From: Mobula hypostoma
Taxonomy: Eukaryota
Assembly (NCBI RefSeq): GCF_963921235.1
Contig: NC_086108.1
Location: 109,742,001 to 109,806,000, forward strand
Direction: 5' to 3'
Length of the DNA: 64,000 nt
Positions 1 through 12,403 of this stretch are shown here, in pieces (position 1 is the first letter of the stretch; each line of letters starts with the position of its first letter). Made by a program: the position numbers and the translations under genes. The notes below the pieces were generated by a model. That model ran no database searches, was not told the origin of the DNA, and saw only the letters and a program-made list of their open reading frames with translations.

Positions 1-149
1 TGTACAAGGTGCTTACAAAGAATCCTGATCTTGCAGTGAGTGCTGTAAAGGGTTATGCTACCACTAACTACCATCAAAATTATTTCTGGATTTGCCAACA
101 AATGCTCTGCCCATGACTGCATGAGTTGTGGATACAGCCTCCCCTGCCT

Positions 150-290
150 ATGTTCTCACTGCCTCAGTAAAGAAGCCAACATAATCAAAGACCCCAACCA
201 TCCCGGCTATTTTCTCTTCCCCCCCTCTCCCACCAGACTCAGGGCTAGCTTCTACCCCGCTGTTATAAGACTATCAAATGGTTCTCCTGA
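150..290 (+). mobile_element. Rex1/Babar-type LINE 3' fragment
   Basis: Translates as HCLSKEANIIKDPNHPGYFLF...RLRASFYPAVIRL, matching the C-terminal motif of the other Rex1-type copies in this window. Confidence 0.7.
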
Positions 291-312
291 CATCACAATT
301 TCCCTCTCTATA

Positions 313-651
313 TGTCACGGTGTGCGCTGACAGATGACTGATTCAAGGTGTGAGTGAATGACAAAAGTTGAGACAGAATCTAGTTTATTTCATCAAACTT
401 TCAAATGAATATCGGTGGCTTGACCGAGCCACACCCGAGACCAATCATTCTCAGAACACAAGGACCCTACAATAAGCGCAAATGAGTGTCCACTTTAAAT
501 ATTCATAGACTGCAGAAAACCCGCGCTTGTCACATTTAACAATTAACTTGACGATTCAACAGAAAGCACAAGGACTTAATGACTTGAGATAAGACAATTA
601 ACAAACAGAGCAAGGCTGGCAAGGCTGGCAAGGCTGGCAAGGCTCATGACA
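313..651. mobile_element. Solo LTR (339 bp) inserted in a Rex1-type tail
   Basis: TGTCACG...CATGACA inverted termini; flanks CTATA/CTATG (5-bp TSD, 1 mismatch); internal (CAAGGCTGG)n at 611-644. Confidence 0.6.
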
Positions 652-715
652 CTATGACTTTGCACCTTGTTATCTACCTGCAGTGCACTTTCATGGTAAC
701 ATATTATTGTACTTT

Positions 716-970
716 AGAGATACAGCACAGTATCACAGTAACAAGGCCTTCTGGCCCAACAAGCCCACACCGCCCAATTACACACGTCTGACGAATTAAC
801 CTACTAATCCGTACGTCTTTTGGAATGTAGGAGGAAACCGGAGCACCCTGAGGAAACTCACACAGCCACGGTGAGTATGTACAAACTCATTACAGGCTGA
901 GGCAAGAGCTGAACCAAAATTACTGACGCTGTAATAGCTTTACACTAACCGCAGTGCTACCATGCTGCCC
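716..970 (-). mobile_element. tRNA-derived V-SINE (HE1-like)
   Basis: Reverse complement of the V-domain (ggaggaaaccggagcacc...gtacaaactc) plus a CR1-like 3' tail. Confidence 0.7.
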
Positions 971-989
971 TGTTGCACTTTATTCTGCC

Positions 990-1370
990 TCTGAGGGGAG
1001 AGTGGACAGAGATATACAGAATTATGAAGGGGATAGATAGGGTGAATAAAAGCAGGCTTTTTCCACTGAGGTTGGATGGGACTTCAACTAGAGGTCATAG
1101 GTTAAAGGTGAAAGGTGAAAACTTTAAGGGAAAATATGAGGGGAAATCTCTTCACTCAGAGGATTGTGAGAGTACGGAATGAGTGGTTAGCGCAAGAAGT
1201 GCATGACAGCTCAATTTCAACATTTAAGAGAAGTTTGGATAGGTACATGAATGGGAAGGCTGTGGACGGCTATGGTCCTGGTGCAGGTCGATGGGAGTAG
1301 GCAGTTTAATTGGTACAGCGCCGACTAGATAGGTCGAGCCAGCTTATGTACTGTACTTCCCTATGATTCA
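990..1370 (+). mobile_element. CR1 LINE 3' fragment
   Basis: EIYRIMKGIDRV...TRGHRLKV...FTQRIV motif followed by a CR1 3' UTR. Confidence 0.85.
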
Positions 1371-1739
1371 AAGTTGTTGCTTTGCCATCTACTACCTCAA
1401 TATATTGTGTAATAATCAGATCTGTATGAAGAGAATATAAGACAAGTTATTCATTCTACATGTAAACTAACTTTAGTTTTGTAAGAACAAACAGTGACTG
1501 CTCTTTCCAAGTAATCCAGATTGTCTAAAACGTATTGCAAAATATGATCGTACAAAATAGAAAGATATCTTCCCTCCTTCTATACCTTTCTCAGTGTTGA
1601 CATCTGATTGTAGAGTCCAGAATTGATCTTTCTTTAATTCATATATGTCCCAAGAAATTTGGTATAAATATTATAGATGATTTATTTTGCCACAAACAAT
1701 TAGAATATCTCCTGGGTCAGCAAATATCATTCGAACATA

Positions 1740-2302
1740 CACTTAGTGACCACTTTATTATGTGCACTTGTAGACCTGCTCCTTAATGCAAATATCTAAT
1801 CAGCCAATCATGTGGCAGCAACTCAATGCAGAAAAGCACGCAGACATGGTCAAGAGGTTCAGTTGTTGTTCAGACCAAATACCAGAAAGGGGAAGAAATG
1901 TGATCTGAATGACTTTGACCATGGAAAGATTGTTGGTGCCAGTTGGGGTGGTTTGAGTATCTCAGAAACTGCTGATCTCCTGGGATGTTCACACACAACA
2001 ATCTCTAGAGTTTACAGAGAATGGTGTGGGAAAGCAAAAAAAAAAAATCCAGTGAGTGACAGTTCTGTGTGTGAAAATGAATTGTTAATGAAAGAGGTCA
2101 GAGGAGAGTGGCCAGACTGGTTCAAGCTGACAGGAAGGTGACAGTAACTTAAAGAACCATGCATCACAACAGTGGTGTGCAGAAGAGCATCTGTGAATGC
2201 ACAACATGTCAGACCAGGAAGTGGATAGGCAGAAGTCCGCAAATGTACACTCAGCAGTGACTTTATTCGGTAAAGGAGATCCTAATAAAGTGGACACTAC
2301 TG
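1740..2302 (+). mobile_element. Internally deleted Tc1/mariner transposon
   Basis: TA-flanked TIRs (cacttagtgaccactttatta / taataaagtggacactactg); ORF 1812-2141 encodes the Tc1 HTH region DLNDFDHGKIVGA...SISETADLLGCSHTTISRV. Confidence 0.8.
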
Positions 2303-2369
2303 TATGTCCCAAGGAATTTCATAAAATTAGATGATCTACATTAAAATTTATAATATAAACATCAACATC

Positions 2370-2910
2370 TTTGAAGGAAAAATCCTACAATTGGTAGAGG
2401 ATACTTTTCAGTCCATTAAAGGTAAATCCCTCCCCACCATTGATCGCATCTATACAGATCTCAGTCACAAGAAAGCAGCATCCATCATCAGGGACCCCAA
2501 CTATCCAGGCCTTGATCTCTTCTCACAGCTGCCATTGGGAAGGAGGTACAGGAGCCTCAGGACCCACACCTCCAGGTACAGGGACAGTTATTACCCCTCA
2601 ACCATCAGACACTTGAAGCAGAAGGGATAACTTCATGCAACTTCACTTGCCTATCACAGAGCTGTTCCCAGAACCTAAAGACTCACCTTCAAGAACTCTC
2701 CATTTCATGTTCTCAATAGTTATTGCTTACGTATTTATTATCATTATTTCTTTACTTTTCTTTTGTATTTGCAACTTGTAGTCTTTTGCACGTTGGCTGT
2801 CCTTTTGGGTCCTTTTCATTGATTCTATGGTGATCTTAGATTTACTGTGAATGCCTGCAAGAAAACTAATTTCAGGGTTGTATATAGTGAGATGTATGTA
2901 CTTTGAAATT
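2370..2910 (+). mobile_element. Rex1/Babar-type LINE 3' end
   Basis: KKAASIIRDPNYPG...GRRYRSLRTHTSRYRDSYYP followed by the shared 3' UTR. Confidence 0.8.
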
Positions 2911-3067
2911 TGATTTCTTCTGTCACAAAAAATAGAATGTTTCCTTACTCTGCCTATATCACTCAAACATAATTATCTCCTTAAATCTGTGAAAATTATC
3001 CAGAAACATTGTCTCGTGACTTTATTTGAAGTTTTTTTTTCAAAATTGAAACTGTACATACCACTGG

Positions 3068-3325
3068 ACCCAGCTGGTGGCGTAGTGGTATCAGCATCGG
3101 ACTTTGGGACGAAAGGTCCCGAGTTCGAATCCAGCCGGCTCCCCTGCACGCTTTCCATCCATGCTGGGTTACGAGCCGATGATCTCTTTGGAAACTCACC
3201 CAGCAGAAGGCAATGGCAAACCACTGCTGTAACTTGCCTCGTACCCGGTTCCCCACTACGTCAGAGAGGCGTGGAGGGAAATCGTCTGCTAACCGGAGAA
3301 ACTCCTGATGCGACGTACCTTTCCT
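3068..3325 (+). mobile_element. tRNA-derived SINE with RTE-like 3' part
   Basis: A box (tggcgtagtgg) and B box (gagttcgaatcc), then gcaatggcaaaccactgctgtaacttgcc resembling RTE/BovB-type ends; CpG-rich. Confidence 0.65.
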
Positions 3326-3649
3326 TTTTCATATCACTGAATTCCAACTATACGTCTAGTAATTAAAATACAGAAACGTGTCCCCATATTGTGATATAAG
3401 TTCAAAATTTATTCATTAAAGTATCTCATTCTAAAATACATATTTCCTGTATTCTGTTTGGAACTTGAGGTTCTGCCTACCATTAGTAAAAACAAAATAA
3501 TGAGATGTTATCCATTTTCTGATTCACTTGCACAATAAGGGCAACCCTGCAAAGGTCAGCATCTATCATTCATCTAAGTGGCAGAGTAACAATTAATTTA
3601 CTGGACTAGTAACCTTCAAGGCTGGGTTAAAACTCCAGAGACTTAAGAA

Positions 3650-3965
3650 CAAAAACATAAGGTCTCAAGACCATAGAGGCAAAATTAGGCTATTCAGATC
3701 ATTATGTCTGCTCCACCATTCCATCAGGGCCAATTTATTAACCCTCTCAACCCTATTCTCCTGCTTTCTCCCTGTAACCTTTATTGCCCCGACAAAAGTG
3801 GACCTGTCAGCCTCCGCTTTATATATACCCAATGATTTGGCCTCCACATCTGCCTGAGGCAATGAATTCCACAGATTCACCACCCACCAGCTAAAGAAAT
3901 TCCTCCTTATCTCTATTCCAAAAGGGACACCTTCCCATTCTGAAGCTGTCCCCTCCGGTCCCCAC
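3650..3965 (-). mobile_element. CR1 LINE 3' fragment
   Basis: VNLWNSLPQADVEAKSLGIYKAE on the - strand. Confidence 0.85.
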
Positions 3966-4189
3966 TATAGTATAGTATAGTACAGTGAGGGAGTCTAGGA
4001 GCAGAGGGCACAGCCTCAGAATGGAAGGGTGGTTAATGGTAGGGGTCTGTTGCATTAAAAAAGTTGGGAACTCCTTCTCTGTAGGAAACTACCATGGTGG
4101 CTGTGGAATTCAAACTGAGTTATTAACATGGAATTATAAAAATATGAGTCGATATTAATGATGATCGTAAATTTCCACATTGCCAGAAG

Positions 4190-6312
4190 AACCCAATGAC
4201 TTGGCCTCCACAGCTGCTCGTGGCAACAAATTCAACTGATTTACCACCCTCTGACCAAAGTAATTTCTCCGTGTCTCTGTTCTAAATGGACGTCCTTCAA
4301 TCCTAAATTTGTGCCCTCTTGTCCTAGACTCCCCTACCATGGGAAATAACTTTGCCCTATCTAATCTGTTCAGGCCTTTTAACATTCAGAATGTTTCTAT
4401 GAGATCCCCCCTCATTCTCCTGAACTCCAGGGTATACAGCCCAAGAGCTGCCAGACGTTCCTCATATAGTAACCCTTTCATTCCTGGAATCATTCTCGTG
4501 AATCTTCTCTGAACCCTCTCCAATGTCAGTATATCCTTCCTAAAATAAGGAGCCCAAAACTGCAGACAATACTCCAAGTGTGGTCTCATGAGTGCCTTAT
4601 AGAGCCTCAACATCACATCCCTGCTCATATACTCTGTACCTCTAGAAATGAATGCCAACATTACATTCACCTTCATCACCACCAACTCAACCTGAAAGTT
4701 AACCTTTAGGGTATCCTGCACAAGGACTCCCAAGTCCCTTTGCACCTCTCTGCATTTTGAATTCTCTCCCCATCTAGATAATAGTTTTCCTGTTTATTTC
4801 TTCCACTAAAGTGCATGATCATACATTTTCTAACATCATATTCATTTGTCATTTCTTTGCCCATTCCCCTAAACTACCTGTCTCTCTGCAGGCTCTCTGT
4901 TTCCTCAACATTACCCTTTCCTCCACCTATCTTTCTATGATCGGCAAATTTAGCCACAAACCCATTAATCCCACAGTCCAAATCATTGACATACATCGTA
5001 AGAAGCAGCAGTCCCAACACCGACCCCTGTGGAACTCCACTGTAACTGGCAGTCAGCCAGAATATGATCCCTTTATTCCCACTCTCTGTTTTCTGCCAAC
5101 CAGCCGATGCTCCACCCATGTTAGTAACTTCCCTGTAATTCCATGGGATCTTATCTTGCTAAGCAGCTTCATGTGTGGCACCTTGTCAAAGGCCTTCTGA
5201 AAATCCAAGTACGCCACATCTGCTACATCTCCTTTGTCTACAATGCTTATAATTTCCTCAAAAAATTGCAGTAAGTTAGTCAGGTAGGGTTTTCCTTTCA
5301 GCAAATCATGCTGGCTTTGGCCTATCTTGTCTTGTGCCTCCAGGTACTCTGTAATCTAACAATCAATTCCAACAACTTCCCAACCCACTGATATCAGGCT
5401 AACAGGTCTATAGTTTCCTTTCTGCTGCCTCCCACCCTTCTTAAATAGTGGAGTAACATTTGCAATTTTCCAGTCATCCGGTACAATGCCAGAATCTATC
5501 GATTCTTGAAAGATCATTGTTATTGCCTCCGCAATCTCTCCAGCAACTTCCTTCAGAACCCAAAGGTGCATTCCATCAGGTCCAGGAGATTTATCCACCC
5601 TCAGAAAATTAAGCTTCTCATTTGTAATTTTCACTGCACATACTTCACTTCCCTGACACTCTTGAATGTCCAGTATACTGCTGATGTCTTCCACGGCATC
5701 TCTCAGTACAATATCTCCAGCATCATTTCCTATTGGTCTTATATCTACCCTCAACTCTCATTTACCCTTTATGTACTTAAAAAAGCTTTTCTTTGATATT
5801 AGTCGCCAACTTTCTTTCATAATTCATTGTTTCCTTTCTAATGACCTTCTTAGTTTCCTTCTGCAAGTTTTTAAAAGTTTCCCAATCCTCTATTTTTCCA
5901 CCAGATTTGGCTTTCTTGTATGTCCTCTCTTTTGCTATTACTTTGGCTCCGACATCACTTGTCAGCCACAATAGTGTCCTTCTTCCATTCGAAAATGTCT
6001 TCTTATTTGGAATATATCTGTCTTGCACTTCGCTCATTTTTCGCAGAAACTCCAGCCATTGCTGCTCTGCTGTCCATCCTGTTAGTGTCCCTTTCTAGTC
6101 AACATTGCCTAGTTCCCCTCTCACGCTATTATAATTTCCTTTATTCCACTGAAATACCGACACATTGGAATTTAGCTTCTCCTTCTCAAACTTCAAATTG
6201 AAGTCTATCATATTGTGATCACTCTTCCCTAAGGGTTCCTTATCTCTCTTATCACCTCTGGATCATCACACAACACCCAATCCAGCACAGCTGATCCCCT
6301 AGTGGGCTCAAA
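4190..6312 (-). mobile_element. Degenerate CR1 LINE ORF2 (endonuclease C-terminus plus RT)
   Basis: Frameshifted ORFs with KSPGPDG, NYRPVSL, YLDFQKAFDKVPH, SGVPQGSVLG, FAD and RPHLEYC motifs. Confidence 0.92.
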
Positions 6313-6477
6313 ACCCTGCTGTCTTTCTTCCGATGCTATCAAGAACCCCCACCATCCGGGCCAAGCTCTCTTCTTACTGATGAACAGTTCATAAACCCAG
6401 AAACGTACTTTCTTACAGCCCGTCACACCACTGGCATTTAGGACAGCAATGAAGGTCCTCAATTTCTATCTATACTT

Positions 6478-6845
6478 GGCCACCTTCTCTATTTCTGTTT
6501 CTATGGTAAGGCACCAAGTTGTCTTTGGTCTCTTGTGTTTCCTCCTCCCTTTGGGGGTCCAATGAAATGCTGTGTTGATGATGGAGTTGGTCTCTCTTCT
6601 CATCACGTGCCCAATACATCTCCAACATTTCCTCATGATGATTGTGGTTATGTGCTTTGGATGACACTGAAGACATAGAGTGTGGTTGGAGATCTTTCTT
6701 GGCCATAAAATATGAAGGATCTTTTGAAGGCTCATGGTATAGAACGAGCTTGGCGAGGCCATTCCCTGTCATGTGCCAGCATTCTGACCCCGTACAAGAT
6801 TGTGGACAGAACACAGCTCTGGTACAGCTTCACCTTGGCGTGAAC
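6478..6845 (-). mobile_element. RTE-clade LINE 3' fragment
   Basis: ILHILWPRKISN...WRCIGHVMRR...WTPKGRRK..RPKTTW, a typical RTE C-terminus. Confidence 0.75.
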
Positions 6846-7996
6846 TCACAAACACTGTGTCATTATTCCTCCTTTTCACCAATAATTTATTTTTGTAGCT
6901 TATCATGATTTTATGTCTAATACTGTCACAAGACAACAAATTTTACAATTCAGTGATAATAAATCCAATTCTGAATTTAGATGAAAATCAGGTAAAAACT
7001 GGAGTATATTTGCTTCCTGACATTATTTTAAAAAGCACAGAACTTTTCCAAGTGCCCTGCCCAATGTTTCACACAGCCACTGCTAGCCACTTTTTTTACA
7101 CCATGGTGCCCTGCCATTATCCGAGTGAGAACTCCTGCATATCGATTTATCTCTGTGCCCGCAATGCAAGCAAAGATTTGATTGTACCTGTGCCTCACTG
7201 TACTTTACGCACATGACAATAAACTCAAATGGACTTCGACTCGTTTGCACAGGACTGGGGAAGAAGATGTTCAAATTTCAAGTACATTTATTATCAAAGT
7301 ATGGACAACCTTGAGATCTGTCTGCTCACAGGCAGCCACAAAACAAGAAACCCGAAAGAACCCATTAAAAAAAATCAACAAACACCCAGTCCCAGAGCAG
7401 AAACAAAAGCGCTAATCATGCAGACAATAAAAGCAAGCAAAAGCATTCAGGATGAAAGTGAGTCCATAGACACGAAGCCTGGAGCAGCCGGAGCACAGAG
7501 ACTCCTGACAGAACGGCACTGGAATTGACCTTTGATCTCCGGAATGCCCTACCTGTAACAGTGTCCACTAACTACTATGCTACCATGGTGACCATTTGGC
7601 CCATCGAGTCTTCTCCGCCCTTCCCTCATGGCTGATAGCTTATTGGTTAATTGTTATCAACTGTATTTCTGTTGTCTCTCGTCTGATATGAGAACACCAA
7701 GTCAGCTTTTTCTCTCTTCTTTGCCCTCTGACCAGAGAACTAGAACTAGAAAGTTATCCTTCTTCAGATATCGTCATGTGATTTTTAACTTTTATTTGAA
7801 TCACTGCAGCGGGAGTCACTCTATCAACCCTTTTCTGCAAAACGTTCCCAGAGTTCCCTGCAGCGATTACATTAGCTTGGAAACTACCCCTGAGTGTGGT
7901 TTTAACCCTAATTTTGTTAGCAACAGCCAAAGTGATTCTTGATGTCCCCTCAGATTTATTTAGGTCCTTGCCAGCTAGTAGATAAAATAGGCTTAA

Positions 7997-8570
7997 AATT
8001 GAATCAGAATCGGAATCAGATTTATTATCACTGATATAAAGTATGTGAAATTTTGTTGGTTTGTGGCATCAGTACAGTGCAAAGACATAAAATTACTATA
8101 AATTGCAAAAATAAATCATTCCAAAAGGAGGAATAACGTGTTAGTGTTCATGGATTCATGAACCGTTTAGAAATCTGATGGCAGCGGGGAAGAAGTTGTT
8201 CCTGAATCATTGATTGTGGGTTTTCAAGCTCCTCTACCTCCTTGCCAATGGTCATAATGAGAAGAGGGCATGTTTCATATGGTGAGGGTCAGCAGAGATG
8301 GATATGGCCTTCCTCAGGCACCACCTCTTGAAGATGTCCTCAATGGTGGGGAAGGTTCATTGACCATTCAGAAATCTGATACAGAGGGGAAGAAGCTGTT
8401 CCTAAATCATTGAGTATGTGGCTTCAAGCTCCTATCCCTTCCCCCCCTCCCCCACAACAGCCCAATGGTAGTAATGAGAAGAGGGCACATCCCAGATGGT
8501 GAGGGTCTTTAGTGATGGATGCTGCCTACCTGAGGCACTGCCTCTGGAGGATATCCTCGATGGTTGAAGG
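7997..8570 (-). mobile_element. Two tandem Rex1-type 3' fragments
   Basis: (AATCAG)n tail; segment ~8150-8350 is repeated with divergence at ~8355-8565. Confidence 0.65.
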
Positions 8571-9154
8571 GTTCATGGACCGTTCCAAAATCTGACGGCA
8601 CAGTGTCGGAAGATTGTGTCAACACGGTACTAATAAAAATGCTTCGAAAATGGAACTGCATACATGAAAACTCTCCATATGTCTATTTAACCCTATCCAT
8701 TGGAGACAGGAGGGCCCAGAGGCGGCCTGGAGTCGGAGGCCCGTTTGTGTGTGTGTATGTGAGCAGACGGTGGGGGAGTGGGAGGAATGGGGCTTGTTTT
8801 GATGTGGTTGGTTTGTTACTGTTCTGCTGCTATTTGTATTCTGTGGGCAGGCTCTGTTGCCACCAGAATGTGCAACGACTCTTGCAGGCTGCCCCCAGCA
8901 CTTTCTTAGGTTGTGTTGGCTGTTGACACAAACAAAGCATATGCTTCGATGTATGGTACACATGATCAATAAATCTGAATCTGGCCTCAGCTCATTAGCC
9001 ATACCCCATGGTTACCTATTGTGTTCTGCCGAGCGTCTTGGAAATGCTATGTTGGTGGCGGAACATGTGGCAACACTTGTGGGCTGCCTCAGCACATCTT
9101 TAGTTTCAAAAAGTTCAAAGTAAATTTAATGTCGAAGTACATTTATGTCACCAG

Positions 9155-9665
9155 TGTAACACCCTGGGAAAGGTTTCACTGCTAGTGTAATGGTTTTTCT
9201 GCAGCAGTAGTGGTTAGGTTATGGCTAGAGATTACGGGGGCTTTGGAATGTGCGGCGTCCAATAGAGGGAGTGTTTTTTCTTGTTGTATGTCTGAGACCA
9301 AGGTGATCTGGGTCTTTTGTTCAGCGGAAGATGAAGAGAGAAGATGCCGGAAGGGAGAGGTCGTAGACACCTGAAAGGAGTGGATTTGGAGTGGGACCGG
9401 GAGTGTTGAACTGTTTCATTAAAATGGGCCCTTTTCTTTTCGTTTTACTTTACTAACCCTTCAGTCAAATTAAGAATTATAAAGCTGTATCACTTAACTG
9501 CATATGGTATACTATCTGTTATTTCGTGGCACTGATTTGTAACAGGGTCACACATCACACAGCATCCACACAAACAGGAGGTCTTGCACCTCAATCTCAT
9601 GCGTTTGGTGGGGCCAGAGATTATATTCCCTAGACTTACGTGGCCGATGAAACCAGAGGGTTACA
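9155..9665 (+). repeat. 5' LTR
   Basis: TGTAAC...GTTACA; aligns with 11823-12403 but lacks ~70 bp. Confidence 0.9.
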
Positions 9666-9766
9666 ATTGTGGGGATATTGTTCCGGGATTGATTTCGTTG
9701 GATGCTGTGTGATTGCCCTGAGCATTGAAGCAGAGAGTTGTGTGTTTAAGTCTGTGCTGGCATGGA

Positions 9767-10050
9767 ATGGATGCTGCCAGGGCTGAGCGGTGGTGTGCAT
9801 CCACAGGGTTACCAGTAACGAATGTGTGCGTGATGAGTGGGGTAGATATTCGTACTCCATATGAATTGTTAATTCGACTTTTAAAGACTGTTAAAGCTGT
9901 CGGTAAAGTTACGATTGTGGAGTTGAGGTTTGATAAAATGGCAGGCACAGACCTTGTTTTGGTTCAGACTAGTGCTGACATAGCGGGAGTGGAACTGCCT
10001 GGTACTATTGGGGCCCCAGGAGAGGGGGGCCGTGGACTGTCCATACTTTC
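9767..10050 (+). pseudogene. Gypsy gag N-terminal fragment (PNMA-like)
   Basis: MDAARAERWCASTGLPVTNVCVMSGV...LKTVKAVGKVTIV, located just downstream of the PBS. Confidence 0.55.
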
Positions 10051-10887
10051 TGAGAGGAGGAGAGTGTCTGGGGTCTTAGTGCAGGTGATTATCCATACAA
10101 TGGTTATTTGTCAGTGAAGCTGGAGTTTTCAGAGGCCATTGTGGGAGTGGGTCCTTGATATTGGTGCTGGTTTGTCCGGACCCCGTTGAGAAGGGCAGCG
10201 TTTCAATTCTGGTGGCGACCAACACCTCTCTGGTGAGGAGGCTCATGGGGGCCTGGAGAGAGCTTTCTGGGAACATTGTCCGTTCACCTGGTGTTCCATG
10301 CTGCTTTTGAAGAAGTGTGTGGCTGCATTGGGCCGGATACTGAGTTCAGGTGAGGGGCTGTGTGGTTCACCCAGTCAAAGCCAGTCCTGTTACGGCCCAG
10401 GGGAAGTAGTGAGAGTGATGGGGACCCTCAAATTTCTGGAGTGCCTGAGGGCGAGATCCTCTTAGTGGACGCTCCAGAAGACCTCGAGGAGGAATTGGGA
10501 TTTCCTGCTCGGGTATTGGTGAGACCCGAACTGCAGAAGCCCTCGGTTGTACAGGCAAACAGGATGGCAGTGATTGTCAGGAACACTACAAAGAAGGAGG
10601 TCACCTTCAAGCTGGGGAATGCCCCTAGTGCATCTTTTCCCGGTGACAGAAATATCTAACATCCCAGTGAAACAAGCTGGTGAGAATCCCTTTGCAAATG
10701 GGGAAAAGTTGACTGCTGAGTCATTCAACTTCGGGGACTGCCCAGCTCCTGCGGGTTGGAAGAGGAGGCTGGTAGAGAAGATGTTGAAACTGGAAGGTGT
10801 CGTTTCCACTGACGAGTTTGATGCAGGCTGTTCCAAGAGCACTCATCACACTATCTGGGTGGCTGAGGACACCCGTTTAGAGAAAGG

Positions 10888-11490
10888 TTGTGGCAAATGG
10901 CCCAAGCAAAGGTGGAAGATGTTTGGCAGCATCTGTGTAAGTTGAAGGAAGCTGGGATCATCACTGAGTCCAGAAGCCCCTATGCATCCCCAATAGTAGT
11001 GGCCAGGAAGAAGAATGGGAAGGTACGGATGTGTGTGGACTATAGGGCTCTGAACAGGCGTACCGTCCCCAATCAGTATACAGTCCCAAGGATCGAAGAC
11101 ACGCTGGCCTGTCTGAGTGGTGTGAAGTGGTTCAGTGTGCTGGGCTTGAGTGGATATCACCAGATCCCCATGAGTGAGGCTGACAAAGAGAAGACAGCAT
11201 TTATATGTCCACTGGGATTCTTCCAGTTAGAAAGGATGCCCCAGGGCATATCAGGAACTCCTGCAACCCTCCAGCGTGTCATGGAGAAGACAGTGGGGGA
11301 TATGAGCTTGCTTGGGGTACTGGTGTATTTGGATGACCTCATAGTGTTTGGGTCCACCTTGGAGGAACATGAAGAGAGGCTACTGAAGGTGCTGGGCCAC
11401 CTGAAAGCTGAAGGGTTAAAACTTTCCCTGGACAAGTGCCAGTTCCGCAAGATGTCTGTCAGCTATGTTGGGCACATAGTGTCAAGGGAT
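10888..11490 (+). pseudogene. Gypsy pol reverse transcriptase fragment
   Basis: SPYASPIVV, RMCVDYRALN, GYHQI, KTAF, MPQG and YLDD motifs; truncated before RNase H and integrase. Confidence 0.92.
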
Positions 11491-11822
11491 GATGTGGGGC
11501 TAAGCCAAGGATCAGAGGGGTCCGAGTTGCAGGAGAGCATGAGTGATAGACCAGGGGAGGCCTCAGCAGGTAGACCAGAAGTATCCCCAGTAGTGTCAGA
11601 ACATGAAGAGGTAGATAAGGGGGGGAAGGAAGGTCGAAAAGAATCAGGAGACCAGTGGATAGGCTGGCCTATGTAACGCCAGGGGGACAGAGTGTGGTCT
11701 CTACCACTTTAGGGAGCTACATCGCTGCCTTTTACACCCGGGTTGGACTTTGTGCTTTGCATGAAGGGCTGGCAAATGACCTTAATCTCACGAGGACATG
11801 ACTAAATTTGGTGGAGGGAGAG

Positions 11823-12403
11823 TGTAGCACATTGGGAAAGGTTTCACTTTTAATGTGATGGTTTTTCTGTAGCAGCAGTGTTTGGGTTTATGGCTAGAGG
11901 TAACGGGGGCTTTGGAATGTGCGGCGTCCAATGAAGGGGGTGTTTTTTTTTGTCGTGTGCCTGACACTGAGGCAAACTGAGACTTTTGTTTGGCGGAAGG
12001 TGAAGAGAGAAGGCGCCAGAAAGGAGAGGTCATAGACACCAGAAAGGAGTGGATTTGGAGTGGGGCCGGGATTCGATGAAGCCCGGGGGAAAGCGATGGA
12101 GGACCAGTGGAAGGGAAACCGTGAGCTCCAACAACGTGCACATTACACTGTTTCATTAAAATGGGCCCTTTTCTTTTTGTTTTACTTTATTAACCCTTTA
12201 GTTAAATTAAGAATTATAAAGCTAAATCACTTAATTGCATATGGTATACTATCTGTTATTTCGTAGTACTGATTTTCAAGGGGGGAACAGATCACACAGC
12301 ATTCACACAAACAGGAGGTTCTGCAGCTCAATCTCACATGTTTGGTGGGGCCAGAGACCTGTCTTCCCCAGACTTACACAGCCAACAGGACCTGAGGATT
12401 ACA
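11823..12403 (+). repeat. 3' LTR
   Basis: TGTAGC...ATTACA, preceded by the PPT and followed by the CCAG TSD. Confidence 0.9.

Larger units (their letters stand above)
9155..12403 (+). mobile_element. Internally deleted Ty3/Gypsy LTR retrotransposon
   Basis: Two TG...CA LTRs, CCAG TSD (9151-9154 and 12404-12407), tRNA-Pro-like PBS after the 5' LTR, PPT ggtggagggagag before the 3' LTR, gag and RT remnants. Confidence 0.92.

Noticed and set aside
3068..3145. Functional tRNA gene
   Set aside because: No convincing cloverleaf or immediate oligo-T terminator; it runs into a SINE body
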